From positions 3,873-67,872 of the forward strand of contig JAEWFZ010000014.1 in NCBI GenBank assembly GCA_023388535.1: a stretch of 64,000 nt of DNA. Reading direction: 5' to 3'. Both the position numbers and the translations under genes were made by a program. Positions within the stretch are counted from its first letter, which is position 1. Every line of letters begins with the position of its first letter. The notes under the pieces are model-generated. The model searched no databases and was not told where the DNA came from. It saw nothing but the letters and a program-made list of their open reading frames with translations. Source of the DNA: Bacillota bacterium (GTDB lineage: Bacteria; Bacillota_I; Bacilli_A; Erysipelotrichales; Erysipelotrichaceae). This document shows positions 48,526 to 57,661 of the stretch, in pieces.

Positions 48526-50156
48526 TCAACCCCGATGATGTACGAGTAGACCGGTTGTTGACCGTTGACTAACTCAACTTCTAAATCGGTTTTTTCTTCT
48601 AATAAATCCGCCATTTCCTGGGCGATATCTTCAGCGACGTCTTCGCCGTAGATGAGGGTGATTATTTCGTATTCATCTTCATCCCCTACCATCGATAAGA
48701 CCAGTGTTTCTAAGGCTTGTTCACGATCGCTAACAGAACAGATGATGGTCTTGTCTTGCATGGCCATATAATCGTCTTTTTTAATTTCGATACCATCAAT
48801 GCTGGTGTCTTTAATCGCGTAAGTGATTTGTCCGGAAACCACATGTTCGATTGCTTCGTTCATGGTTTCAAGATTTTCTTCTAACTCAGCCATCGGATTA
48901 AAGGCTACACAAGCCGCTACGCCTTGGGCAATCGAGGTCGTATTTAGCACCACGACATTACGATCTTCGATTAAATCTTGGGCTTGTTTGGCGGCCATTA
49001 TAATATTGGAGTTATTAGGTAAAATAATGACCGTTTCTCCATTGAGTTCTTGAATCGTCTCGACAAAATCGGTCGTCGATGGATTCATCGTCTGGCCACC
49101 GGAGATAACTTTATCGACATTGAGGGAAAGGAAATAATCTCTTAAACCATCCCCCGCACAAACGGAGATAATGCTAACCTTCTTTTCTGGTTCTTCAACT
49201 TTATCATAGATTTTAGCTTCTTCAACAAGGATGGCAGCATGTTGCTCGGCCATATTATCAATTTTTAATTTAACAAATTCACCATAGCGTTGACCTAGGT
49301 TTAAAGCATCCCCTGGCGTCAAGGTATGAACATGTACTTTAACGATATCTTCATCCTGAACTACGACTAAAGAATCCCCTAATTCCTCAAGGCTGGCTCT
49401 AAATTTAGCTTCATTAAATCGACGTTGACCGGATTCATCCAAACGAACGATGAATTCGGTACAATAACCAAATTCTTGATGGTCAAATTGGGCTTGGACG
49501 GCATGTTGTTCCTCGTGCTTTAAATCGAGGGCCGCGACAGGTTCGCCTTTTAGATAACGTAAAAAGCCTTCTAAAATAGTTGTAAAACCAAAACCACCAC
49601 TATCAACGACTCCGACTTCTTTTAAAACTGATAAAAGTTCTGGTGTTTGATCGAGCGCTAAATGAGCTTGTTCGAGAAAATACTCCATCGCCTCTACCAC
49701 CGATAAATCATGGGCGTTAGCATGAGTTAAGGTCGCTTCCGCAGCCATTCTTAAAACCGTTAGAATGGTACCTTCAACCGGACGCATGACCGCCTTGTAG
49801 GCGACCCGCTTACCTTCGTCGAAAGCTAGCGCAATATCTAAACCGTTAAGTTCTTTTTTATCTACGACCGAATTGGTAAAACCTCTAAAAATTTGTGACA
49901 AAATAACCCCGGAGTTCCCACGAGCTCCCATTAATAAACCTCTAGAAAAGGTTTTAGAAACCGTACCCAGATGTTCAGAGCTATTGTTTAGTGCGTCTTT
50001 GACTCCAGCACTAAAGGTTAAGGTCATATTGGTTCCAGTATCCCCATCCGGTACTGGGAAAACGTTCATTTGGTCAATTTCACGATAGTTATTTGCGAGG
50101 TGATTAGCCCCCGACTCTAACATTTTTCGAAAATTATCAGCATTCATGATCTTCAT
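48522..50156 (-). CDS. DAK2-domain protein, YloV/FakA (fatty acid kinase) family
   Basis: 544 aa with an N-terminal Dak2 domain (DGDTGTNM) and the yloU-yloV pairing. Confidence 0.8.
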   Translation of the reverse strand: MKIMNADNFRKMLESGANHLANNYREIDQMNVFPVPDGDTGTNMTLTFSAGVKDALNNSSEHLGTVSKTFSRGLLMGARGNSGVILSQIFRGFTNSVVDKKELNGLDIALAFDEGKRVAYKAVMRPVEGTILTVLRMAAEATLTHANAHDLSVVEAMEYFLEQAHLALDQTPELLSVLKEVGVVDSGGFGFTTILEGFLRYLKGEPVAALDLKHEEQHAVQAQFDHQEFGYCTEFIVRLDESGQRRFNEAKFRASLEELGDSLVVVQDEDIVKVHVHTLTPGDALNLGQRYGEFVKLKIDNMAEQHAAILVEEAKIYDKVEEPEKKVSIISVCAGDGLRDYFLSLNVDKVISGGQTMNPSTTDFVETIQELNGETVIILPNNSNIIMAAKQAQDLIEDRNVVVLNTTSIAQGVAACVAFNPMAELEENLETMNEAIEHVVSGQITYAIKDTSIDGIEIKKDDYMAMQDKTIICSVSDREQALETLVLSMVGDEDEYEIITLIYGEDVAEDIAQEMADLLEEKTDLEVELVNGQQPVYSYIIGVE

Positions 50157-50157
50157 A

Positions 50158-50517
50158 TTATTTTACGACCTTTACCCCTTGAACCGTTACATTAACGGCA
50201 GTAATGTCATATCCTAAAGATTTTTCTAGAATGTATTTAACTTTCTCTTGGACACCGGTTACCACTTCGCTAATTCGCGTTCCATACATTACAATAATAT
50301 ATAGATCGATTTCTAAGCCGTGGTCGTTTTTACGAACAACAACACCTTTGCTGAAATTTTGAATGTTTAATAATTCAGCAAAGCCGTCTTTTAATAGTTT
50401 TTGTGAGGCCATTCCGACAACGCCATAACATTCGGTAACTGTACCCCCTGCTAGCATTGCGATGGCATCTTGGGAAATATTAATCGTACCCAGACGATTC
50501 GATTGTTCAATTGACAT
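50158..50517 (-). CDS. Asp23/Gls24 family protein YloU-like
   Basis: About 119 aa of the Asp23 family. The ATG at 50517 lies 6 nt after SD AAGGAGG. Confidence 0.8.
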   Translation of the reverse strand: MSIEQSNRLGTINISQDAIAMLAGGTVTECYGVVGMASQKLLKDGFAELLNIQNFSKGVVVRKNDHGLEIDLYIIVMYGTRISEVVTGVQEKVKYILEKSLGYDITAVNVTVQGVKVVK

Positions 50518-50564
50518 GCGCATCCTCCTTATATAGATGAATTATATCATGGTTGAGCCGAAAC

Positions 50565-51395
50565 TTATTGGCTATCGGTCTCCGTTGTTGGACTTTCTAG
50601 CTCATCTTTAGGGCAGCGAAAGGCCCGTACTTGGTTGATGAATTTATCAACTTCTAGACATCTCATTTCTGGATCGTTTTGTAGTTGATTGATAATATCT
50701 TGATAATAACTGGCTTTAAAAGTATCCAATCCATTGAGCGAACTATAGATAAAATAGCCCCCGCTCATGGTGAGTTGAATTTGGGTTGGGTCATAAGAAA
50801 TCGGCTTAATACTGACCTCAGCTACCGATTTTAAGATGACCGGATCGATCTCCGATAAGGCCAAAACAACCGAGTTCGACAACTCACTGTCGTTTACATT
50901 AAGATAAATCAAATCAGATTTCAAGTCTTTAGCGTCATTATTGAAGATTTTTGAGCTGGTATCGCCAGCAAAGACCTTAAACTGTTGGTCATTGAGCTGA
51001 CTATAAGCTAGGACTTCTTTTTCCTTGGCGATGATTTGAATGGTTTGTTCAAATAGTTTTCGATTAACTTTTACCGAAGCTAATAAACTATTAGTATCAA
51101 CTCGTTTTTCAATCGACGATGGCCATTGCGTATAAATGCGTTGCCCTAGCTCTAGGTCTAAATCTTCGATAATTTCTTCTTTAGTTAAAAACTTATGACC
51201 GACTACTTCAATTTTTTGTATTTTTGAATAGTCTGATTTTTCATACCATATAAAAAAAGCAACAATCGATACCAACATGGTTAAAGAGAGAAAGACAATT
51301 AAAAGACGCTTAAACATCAACCGGCGTTGCTGGCGACGTTTAGCGGCTATCGATCTTTGTAAGGTACTCATTGAGTCTGGTTTACGTTGGGCCAA
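50565..51395 (-). CDS. divIB: Cell division protein DivIB/FtsQ
   Basis: Basic N-terminus, a single TM helix and a POTRA-like region, downstream of murB. The TTG start has SD GGAGA 8 nt upstream. Confidence 0.7.
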   Translation of the reverse strand: MAQRKPDSMSTLQRSIAAKRRQQRRLMFKRLLIVFLSLTMLVSIVAFFIWYEKSDYSKIQKIEVVGHKFLTKEEIIEDLDLELGQRIYTQWPSSIEKRVDTNSLLASVKVNRKLFEQTIQIIAKEKEVLAYSQLNDQQFKVFAGDTSSKIFNNDAKDLKSDLIYLNVNDSELSNSVVLALSEIDPVILKSVAEVSIKPISYDPTQIQLTMSGGYFIYSSLNGLDTFKASYYQDIINQLQNDPEMRCLEVDKFINQVRAFRCPKDELESPTTETDSQ

Positions 51396-52291
51396 TTGAA
51401 TATCTCCACTTCTAAGGTTAGGGTTTGTTGGTGTTTTCTTAATACCTCTTCTTGGATGGTATGAATTAATTCTATCATATCTTGAAATCGAGCATTACCG
51501 ATATTGATTAAGAAATTAGTATGCTTGTCGCTGACTTTGGCTTCACCAATCTGATAGCCACGCAGTTGACAATCTTCAATCAACTGCCAGGCAAAGTTGC
51601 CGTTCGGATTGCGAAAGGTTGAGCCAAAACTAGGCGATTCTAAAGGTTGAGAATTGATCCGTCGTTGTTGACGATCTTGCATTAACAGAGAAATCTCATC
51701 ACTATTACCCGGTTCTAATTGAACGCGAATAGCTAAAATTGGCCAATTAGGCTGTTCTTTAAAGATGCTGGTACGATAAGCAAAAGCGCAGGCTTCGTTG
51801 GTTATCCATTGAATCGCTTCATCTTTTAGAACGCAGACTTCGGTAATCACATCGGACATGCTTCGCTTATAGGCGCCAGCGTTCATATAGGTAGCGCCTC
51901 CGATGGTTGCAGGAATTCCCGCCGCCCATTCTAAACCAGATAATCCAAGTTGACGGGCTTTATGGGCCATGGCAATTAAGGAAGCTCCAGCTTCGATTTC
52001 AAAAGCATATTCACCGATTCGATAAACCGCATTTAGATGACGGGTAAGTTTAATAATGATGCCATCGTAATACTCATCGTTAGCTAGAATATTAGAACCA
52101 TTACCAAAAATCACCCAAGCGATGCCTTCAGCGCGACAGAAAGAAATCATCGCCTGTAAGGTTAAAATACTATGTGGGAAAAATAAAGCTTTGGCCCGAC
52201 CACCGATGGCGATGGTGGTTAAGCGTTTTAACGAAGGTTTTAAAATAAGATCGCCATATTCCGAGATGCGTTCGATTTGATAGTTATTCAT
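51368..52291 (-). CDS. murB: UDP-N-acetylenolpyruvoylglucosamine reductase
   Basis: FAD-binding domain (IGGRAKALFFP, GNGSNIL) and the catalytic C-terminus. Confidence 0.9.
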   Translation of the reverse strand: MNNYQIERISEYGDLILKPSLKRLTTIAIGGRAKALFFPHSILTLQAMISFCRAEGIAWVIFGNGSNILANDEYYDGIIIKLTRHLNAVYRIGEYAFEIEAGASLIAMAHKARQLGLSGLEWAAGIPATIGGATYMNAGAYKRSMSDVITEVCVLKDEAIQWITNEACAFAYRTSIFKEQPNWPILAIRVQLEPGNSDEISLLMQDRQQRRINSQPLESPSFGSTFRNPNGNFAWQLIEDCQLRGYQIGEAKVSDKHTNFLINIGNARFQDMIELIHTIQEEVLRKHQQTLTLEVEIFNWPNVNQTQ

Positions 52292-53363
52292 GAATCATTT
52301 CCTTCATCCATTGATAAATTTTTTCGGTAGCATCGGGATAAGATAAAGCTTTAGCTTGAATATGAAGCTTTTCTCTCAACGCTTCATCGTCTAGGACTTG
52401 TTTTATCTTTTTATATAAGCGTTCTGCACTTAAATCTTTTTCTTCAAGCATTAAGGCCGCCTTTTCATCAACAAAGGCTTTCGCATTATAATATTGGTGG
52501 TTATCCGCCACATAGGGCGATGGTATTAAAATCGCCGGTGTGCCACTGGCCATAATCTCAGCCAAACCGGTTGCTCCGGAACGAGAAACTACTAAATCAA
52601 CAAAAGGTAAAAGTTTAACTTGATCGACTTGAGGAAAGACTTTTATATAAGGCATATCCGCTAATTCGCGTTCTAGTAATTTCGTGTTTTTTATGCCACC
52701 GGAAATAATAATTTGGGTATTTTCTAAAGGGTAATTATGTAACATTTCAATGAGTACTTTATTAATACTTAACGAGCCGAGGGAACCCATAACAAAATAG
52801 AGAATTGGTTGATTTTGACTTAACCCGTATTCCTCTAGAATGGTGGCATCTTTTGTTAATTTAGCAATATCGCTCGCTCGTGGATTACCGGTTAAACGGG
52901 TTTCTTTACCTTTGAAACTGGCAGCACTGTTGGCATAGGATAAAGCGATGCCTTTCGCAAAACGAGCTAGAAAACGATTGGCTTTTCCAGCCAAGGCATT
53001 TTGTTCATGCAAAAGCACCGGTATTTTTAACCAGTAAGCGGCTAATACCACCGGGACAGCCACATAACCACCAAAGGCTACCAGAATATCTGGTTTTTCA
53101 GCTTTGAGATATTTAAGAGCGATTCTAAAGGATTTCATACTACTTGAAACCGCCCTTTTCTTCATCTTCCAGGTATTTTTGAAAACCCCATAGTTTTTTA
53201 CGGGATAAAATTTAATATTATTTTGCTTCGCTACGTTTTCTTCCATACTATCTTGATTGCCAATAAAGAAAAAATCGTCGCCTTGCGTCTTTAAAAACTT
53301 AGCTAAACTTATGGCCGGATAAATATGACCACCAGTACCGCCCGCATTGATGCAAACTTTCAA
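52284..53363 (-). CDS. murG: UDP-N-acetylglucosamine--lipid I transferase MurG
   Basis: GGTGGHIYPA motif, 359 aa, TTG start with SD AGGTG. Confidence 0.9.
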   Translation of the reverse strand: MKVCINAGGTGGHIYPAISLAKFLKTQGDDFFFIGNQDSMEENVAKQNNIKFYPVKNYGVFKNTWKMKKRAVSSSMKSFRIALKYLKAEKPDILVAFGGYVAVPVVLAAYWLKIPVLLHEQNALAGKANRFLARFAKGIALSYANSAASFKGKETRLTGNPRASDIAKLTKDATILEEYGLSQNQPILYFVMGSLGSLSINKVLIEMLHNYPLENTQIIISGGIKNTKLLERELADMPYIKVFPQVDQVKLLPFVDLVVSRSGATGLAEIMASGTPAILIPSPYVADNHQYYNAKAFVDEKAALMLEEKDLSAERLYKKIKQVLDDEALREKLHIQAKALSYPDATEKIYQWMKEMIHE

Positions 53364-53418
53364 AAAAACACCTACTCTCTTATAGCAGAATTATCATATC
53401 ATATTTCTTTACGAAGCT

Positions 53419-53427
53419 TGCTATAAT
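53419..53427 (+). promoter_or_regulatory. Extended -10 promoter TGCTATAAT ending 6 nt before the HAD gene ATG (leaderless candidate)
   Basis: TGCTATAAT at 53419-53427, AAAGAT, then the ATG at 53434. There is no SD. Confidence 0.5.
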
Positions 53428-53433
53428 AAAGAT

Positions 53434-54111
53434 ATGAAATATCGATTAAAACGAAAAGCTTTGGTACTGGATCACGATGATACCGTCGTGGCTTCTACCC
53501 TCTCTGTACATTATCCGGCCTTTGTCAAAGCGATGGAAGTATTTAGACCACAAGTAACTCCTTTAAGTCTTTCCGAGTTTCAAAGCATGAATCTCGATCC
53601 AGGCCTCGATGATTATTATCGAGAGGTATTAAAGATGAGCGAACAGGAAAAGGCACAAGAATATAAGCTTTGGCGCAGCTTTGCGGATCAGATATTACCG
53701 GAGGCCTATGAAGATATTCATTCCATTCTTTTACAATTTCAAGCCGCTGGTGGCCTAATTTTTGTCAGTTCACTCAATCATGCCAATGTGATTTATCGTG
53801 ATTATCAAAGGTTATTTCCTTCGGTTATTCTCAGTGATGTTTTCTGTGCTGATCAACATTCGGATTTGGTTAAACCGAATCCAGAGCAGCTTCTTTACAT
53901 CATGAAAAAGTATCGCCTGCAAGCCAAGGATTTGTTGATGGTCGATGATTTACATTATGGCTTGGATATGGCGAAAGCGGCTGGGGTTGATTTTGCTTAC
54001 GCTCAGTATAGTCAGATTAATGAAAACAATCATAAGTATTTTAAGCAACACGCTCAAATCATTTTAGAAAAACCCAGCGAATTAAAGAAACATATCTTAG
54101 TAAAAGTATAA
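53434..54111 (+). CDS. HAD-superfamily phosphatase
   Basis: Motif I is LDHDDTV (DxDxT) and the late motif is MVDDLHYGLDMAKAAG. Confidence 0.75.
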   Translation: MKYRLKRKALVLDHDDTVVASTLSVHYPAFVKAMEVFRPQVTPLSLSEFQSMNLDPGLDDYYREVLKMSEQEKAQEYKLWRSFADQILPEAYEDIHSILLQFQAAGGLIFVSSLNHANVIYRDYQRLFPSVILSDVFCADQHSDLVKPNPEQLLYIMKKYRLQAKDLLMVDDLHYGLDMAKAAGVDFAYAQYSQINENNHKYFKQHAQIILEKPSELKKHILVKV

Positions 54112-54134
54112 TTATTTTTATCAAGATGCATCAA

Positions 54135-54167
54135 AAAACGTTGAATCATCCTTTGATTCAACGTTTT
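54135..54167. terminator. Strong terminator after the HAD gene (bidirectional)
   Basis: 14-bp stem AAAACGTTGAATCA / TGATTCAACGTTTT with a 5-nt loop. Confidence 0.8.
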
Positions 54168-54256
54168 AGACTATATTTTCTGCGATATAAAATGTAGCGT
54201 CGTTACTATTCAACGATACTTTGTTAGTCACGACACATGTGATTTATAGGCATTTT

Positions 54257-54490
54257 TTACTCATATTTAGCTTTAAGCGTTGAGTAAACGTCAAGAGCAA
54301 AATCAACTAGTTGATTGTCAGTATAGTTAAATTCATAATCTGTTTTCTCGTCACAGCCTGTCCAAACTTCGACCTTCTTATCGGTAATTGTTTTTGTTTT
54401 CAGATTTACTGTGTAATTAACTCTGTGACCATCTATAGCTCCGTAACAAGACTCACCTTCACTTATTACAATATTAAATGTCATTTTCAA
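54257..54490 (-). CDS. Hypothetical small protein (77 aa), translationally coupled to the upstream lipoprotein gene
   Basis: The ORF has an ATGA start/stop overlap with 54487-54822. I recognise no family. Confidence 0.45.
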   Translation of the reverse strand: MKMTFNIVISEGESCYGAIDGHRVNYTVNLKTKTITDKKVEVWTGCDEKTDYEFNYTDNQLVDFALDVYSTLKAKYE

Positions 54491-54822
54491 GTCTTTAGGA
54501 GAATAACTAAAACTCCCTCAACTGGATTCTGTTTAAAAACCTCTAATTTTTCAACGGCCAAATAATAGTCTCCATTTTCGAAAGTTTGCGTCACATATGT
54601 ATCAATAAAAATATTATCTGATACTGTAGCTTCCGGGAATTCTTCAGGAAAGAAATTGTCAGCAACATTATCGGTTGTTTCAGTTTCTTTATCGGTTGTT
54701 TCAGTTTCTTTGATAGGTTTCATTGTTTTATCATTTTGACAACCAACTAAGAATAAGATCGTTAAAATAATAATCAAATATCTTTCTATCCTTCTACCTT
54801 GTTTTCTACTTGTATTTTTCAT
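54487..54822 (-). CDS. Putative lipoprotein with a tandem KETETTD repeat
   Basis: The signal peptide has the lipobox LFLVGC, followed by a perfect 7-aa duplication. Confidence 0.6.
   Translation of the reverse strand: MKNTSRKQGRRIERYLIIILTILFLVGCQNDKTMKPIKETETTDKETETTDNVADNFFPEEFPEATVSDNIFIDTYVTQTFENGDYYLAVEKLEVFKQNPVEGVLVILLKT
54670..54711. repeat. Perfect 21-bp tandem duplication (2 copies)
   Basis: ATCGGTTGTTTCAGTTTCTTT occurs twice, at 54670-54690 and 54691-54711. It encodes KETETTD twice on the minus strand. Confidence 0.9.
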
Positions 54823-55149
54823 GTGCTTTTTACTATCAATTAAGAATAAATTGATATTTTCTCCTTTCCGTCTTCATTTACTCTGGTAATACATGATGCT
54901 GTGTATCACATTTTTTTCGCTGACGCTACCAAATAAGTCAAATAGCATATAACATATAAAAAAAAATATATAATTAAGCTTAATTTACAACAAAAATCGA
55001 ATATTGTCAATACAAATTGTTATTTTTTTATTTTCTAAATGCAATGGGTTATTGAATTTAACCTGAAAACGTTGTTTTTAATTGTTTTAAACTTCAAGTA
55101 AACTGTAGTTAGGTTATCGTCAGTTAGAAAGAAGTCATATGTCAAACAT

Positions 55150-55290
55150 ATGTCGATTCGAGATTACGTTATAACTCAATATGAAATTCAACCTAATCAT
55201 CATTTCACTCTTAGAACGCTATCCGAAAGTATTAAAGTGATGCTTCCACTCTATCTTGAAATCCGGAGAAATGCCTATAAAACTAATTGA
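55150..55290 (+). pseudogene. Possible remnant of an AraC-family HTH regulator (46-aa ORF)
   Basis: Hand translation gives MSIRDYVITQYEIQPNHHFTLRTLSESIKVMLPLYLEIRRNAYKTN. It follows the AraC HTH pattern I-x-D-Y-[IV]-x3-Y ... TL-x2-L[AS]E ... YL, then stops before a second HTH. Confidence 0.3.
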
Positions 55291-55326
55291 AAATATGGTA
55301 TAAATGTTACAGATATCGAGTGAAAC

Positions 55327-55353
55327 AAATTAGAATTTAATGAGGTGATAAAT
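55327..55353 (+). repeat. 27-nt leader motif, copy A (upstream of DUF952)
   Basis: AAATTAGAATTTAATGAGGTGATAAAT. The last T is the first base of the TTG start. Confidence 0.8.
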
Positions 55354-55706
55354 TGATTATACATTGTATGAAGAAATCTACTTGGGAGGATAGAAAAGAA
55401 AAAGAATACTGGGGCGCTAGAAATTTAGAAGCTGATGGGTTTATTCATTGTTCTACACCCGAGTTGTTTTGGAGAGTTGCACCTAACTTTAAAGAGATTG
55501 ATGAAGAACTTATTCTGGTTTGTATTGACGAAAAGAAATTGGAATCAGAAGTGAGATTTGAAGATGAAGATAATTGTGGGCGATATTATCCTCATGTATA
55601 TGGACTAATAAATAATAGTTTTGTTATTCATGTACTCCCTTTTCTAAAAGATAAAAGTGGTAATTATTTAAAGAACGAAGAGTTATCAAAGTATTTGGAT
55701 GAATAA
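55353..55706 (+). CDS. DUF952-family protein
   Basis: MIIHCMKKSTWE...GFIHCST...YYPHVYGLIN matches the DUF952 pattern. The TTG start is supported by the parallel with the GNAT leader. Confidence 0.7.
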   Translation: MIIHCMKKSTWEDRKEKEYWGARNLEADGFIHCSTPELFWRVAPNFKEIDEELILVCIDEKKLESEVRFEDEDNCGRYYPHVYGLINNSFVIHVLPFLKDKSGNYLKNEELSKYLDE

Positions 55707-55805
55707 TAACGCTGATGAGCCCGTTTGATTTTCCTAGTGACGCAATACTGCCTTGTGCCTTGAGGTACTAGTAGACGCCGAGAATTGGACAAAGATTAGG
55801 AAAAT

Positions 55806-55832
55806 AAATTAGAATTTATGTGAGGGATAAAT
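55806..55832 (+). repeat. 27-nt leader motif, copy B (upstream of GNAT)
   Basis: AAATTAGAATTTATGTGAGGGATAAAT lies immediately before the ATG at 55833. Confidence 0.8.
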
Positions 55833-56378
55833 ATGAAATACATTCCGGAAAATTTTGAACTAAAAGATGGCAGAATCTGCAAAATTCGAGAGATTCAAGT
55901 AAAGGATGCTGCAGAAGCTGTTGAATATTTGAAAACCATTATGGGAGAAACTGATTTTATGTACTCTTATCCAGAAGAAATAACCCTGACTGCAGAAGAG
56001 GAAGCAAAAATAATAAAAGGCTTTAATGAATCTGATAATACCCTAATGCTGGTTGTCGAATTGGATGGAAGATTAATTGCAAATGGTACGATTACAAGAC
56101 TGACAAAAAAGAAAATGCGCCATCGAGGAAATGTTGCTGTTTCTGTGTTAAAAGAATTCTGGAACTTAGGAATAGGAAAGAAGTTGCTTTTATGTCTCGA
56201 AGACTATGGAAAGAAATGGGGTCTTTCCCAACTTGAACTGGATTATTTCTCAGGTAATAAAAGAGGCAGAGCTCTTTATGATAAAATTGGATACATTCAA
56301 GTGGGAGAAACTCCTAATGCCTTCATTTTGAAGGACGGAACACGATACAACAATGTAAAAATGATAAAACGTATCTAA
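55833..56378 (+). CDS. GNAT-family N-acetyltransferase
   Basis: Acetyl-CoA binding segment [15 protein letters not shown], 181 aa. Confidence 0.8.
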   Translation: MKYIPENFELKDGRICKIREIQVKDAAEAVEYLKTIMGETDFMYSYPEEITLTAEEEAKIIKGFNESDNTLMLVVELDGRLIANGTITRLTKKKMRHRGNVAVSVLKEFWNLGIGKKLLLCLEDYGKKWGLSQLELDYFSGNKRGRALYDKIGYIQVGETPNAFILKDGTRYNNVKMIKRI

Positions 56379-56434
56379 AGTAGTTTTCAATCTACAAATT
56401 CCAGTTTGTCTAAATAAAATATAACAATTTGAGA

Positions 56435-56467
56435 AACAGTAAATCAAAAGGTTTACTGTTTTTTTTA
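56435..56467 (+). terminator. Rho-independent terminator after GNAT
   Basis: Stem AACAGTAAA / TTTACTGTT followed by T8. Confidence 0.8.
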
Positions 56468-56583
56468 CTCCGTAATAATTCAAAAAAGGTACTTGACAAA
56501 ACGATCTCTAAGTAATGTGAGTGGATATCGTGATTTTGAGTACTAAAACTGAGAGTATTTCATATTAAAAATCATTTAAAGAC

Positions 56584-56619
56584 CAAAAAAAACCGGAAAA
56601 TCAATGATTATCCCGGTTT
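56584..56619 (-). terminator. Rho-independent terminator after ruvB
   Basis: On the minus strand, stem AAACCGG..AATCA / TGATT..CCGGTTT is followed by T8. Confidence 0.7.
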
Positions 56620-56650
56620 CAACGTTAGATTTACCGACTCTATTTTTCGA

Positions 56651-57661
56651 TTAATCAATATCAAATAATTTTTGTCGATAATTTACCTTTAAATGCTGGT
56701 AAGCTTTTTCGGTCACTACCCTACCTCGTGGTGTTCGATTGATGAATCCAATTTGTAATAGATAAGGTTCGTAAACATCTTCTAAGGTCATCGGTTCTTC
56801 AGAAATTGAAGCCGCTAAAGCATCTAGCCCAACTGGACCGCCTTTAAAGCGTTCAACAATACCTAGAAGATATCGTAAATCGACTTCGTCCAAGCCAAGA
56901 TGATCGACCTTTAACTGATTGAGGGCGTGATGGGTAATATCGACATTGATGTAATTATCGTTTTGAACTTGCGCAAAATCGCGTACCCGACGCAATAATC
57001 GATTAGCAATTCGAGGTGTACCACGAGAGCGCTTCGCTAATTCGACGACCGCCGCTTCATCAATTTCAACTTCTAAAACCTTAGAAGAACGACGAACGAT
57101 TTGCTCAAGTTGTTGGTTGCTATAGTAGTCCAGCTTGCTGACAATACCAAAGCGATCGCGTAATGGCGCGCTTAAATCGCCAGCTCGCGTCGTTGCTCCA
57201 ACCAAGGTAAATGGTGGTAAATCTAAACGAATCGAACGACTGGTTTGATCTTTACCAACAATCACATCCATCGCATAGTCTTCCATGGCCGAATATAAAA
57301 CTTCTTCGACAACTTTTGGGATTCGATGAATTTCATCGATGAACAAGATATCGCCCGCTTCTAACGAAGAAAGTAGAGAAGCTAAATCGCCTGTGCGCTC
57401 AATGCTGGGACCGGAAGCGGTTTTGATATTCGTTTTCATCTCATTAGCCAGTATATAAGCTAGCGTGGTCTTTCCCAGTCCCGGTGGACCATATAAAAGC
57501 ACATGATCTAAAGCTTCATGACGACCGATGGCCGCTTGCATAAAAATAAGCAGATTCGATTTTAAATCATCTTGTCCGATATAGTCAACCATGTATTGTG
57601 GTCTTAATGATATTTCAAATTGATCCGCGTGTTGTGGATCACCACTCATTAACCTACTCAA
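56651..57661 (-). CDS. ruvB: Holliday junction helicase RuvB
   Basis: Walker [10 protein letters not shown], Walker B IDEIHR and an AAA+ winged-helix C-terminus. Confidence 0.95.
   Translation of the reverse strand: MSRLMSGDPQHADQFEISLRPQYMVDYIGQDDLKSNLLIFMQAAIGRHEALDHVLLYGPPGLGKTTLAYILANEMKTNIKTASGPSIERTGDLASLLSSLEAGDILFIDEIHRIPKVVEEVLYSAMEDYAMDVIVGKDQTSRSIRLDLPPFTLVGATTRAGDLSAPLRDRFGIVSKLDYYSNQQLEQIVRRSSKVLEVEIDEAAVVELAKRSRGTPRIANRLLRRVRDFAQVQNDNYINVDITHHALNQLKVDHLGLDEVDLRYLLGIVERFKGGPVGLDALAASISEEPMTLEDVYEPYLLQIGFINRTPRGRVVTEKAYQHLKVNYRQKLFDID

Noticed and set aside
55310-55326. GTGAAACA half-site resembling parS (TGTTNCACGTGAAACA).
   Set aside because: The left half (GATATCGA) does not match, so this is not a parS site.
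55712-55719. CTGATGAG, the hammerhead-ribozyme core box, just downstream of DUF952.
   Set aside because: No matching GAAA/CGAAAC core element or three-stem arrangement is nearby, so the octamer alone is meaningless.
54168-56650. Search for direct repeats, att-like sites, an integrase or a transposase flanking the islet.
   Set aside because: Only trivial 7-8-mers (for example GTGATTT, AACGAT) are shared between the flanks, and no recombinase gene is present. It cannot be called a mobile element.
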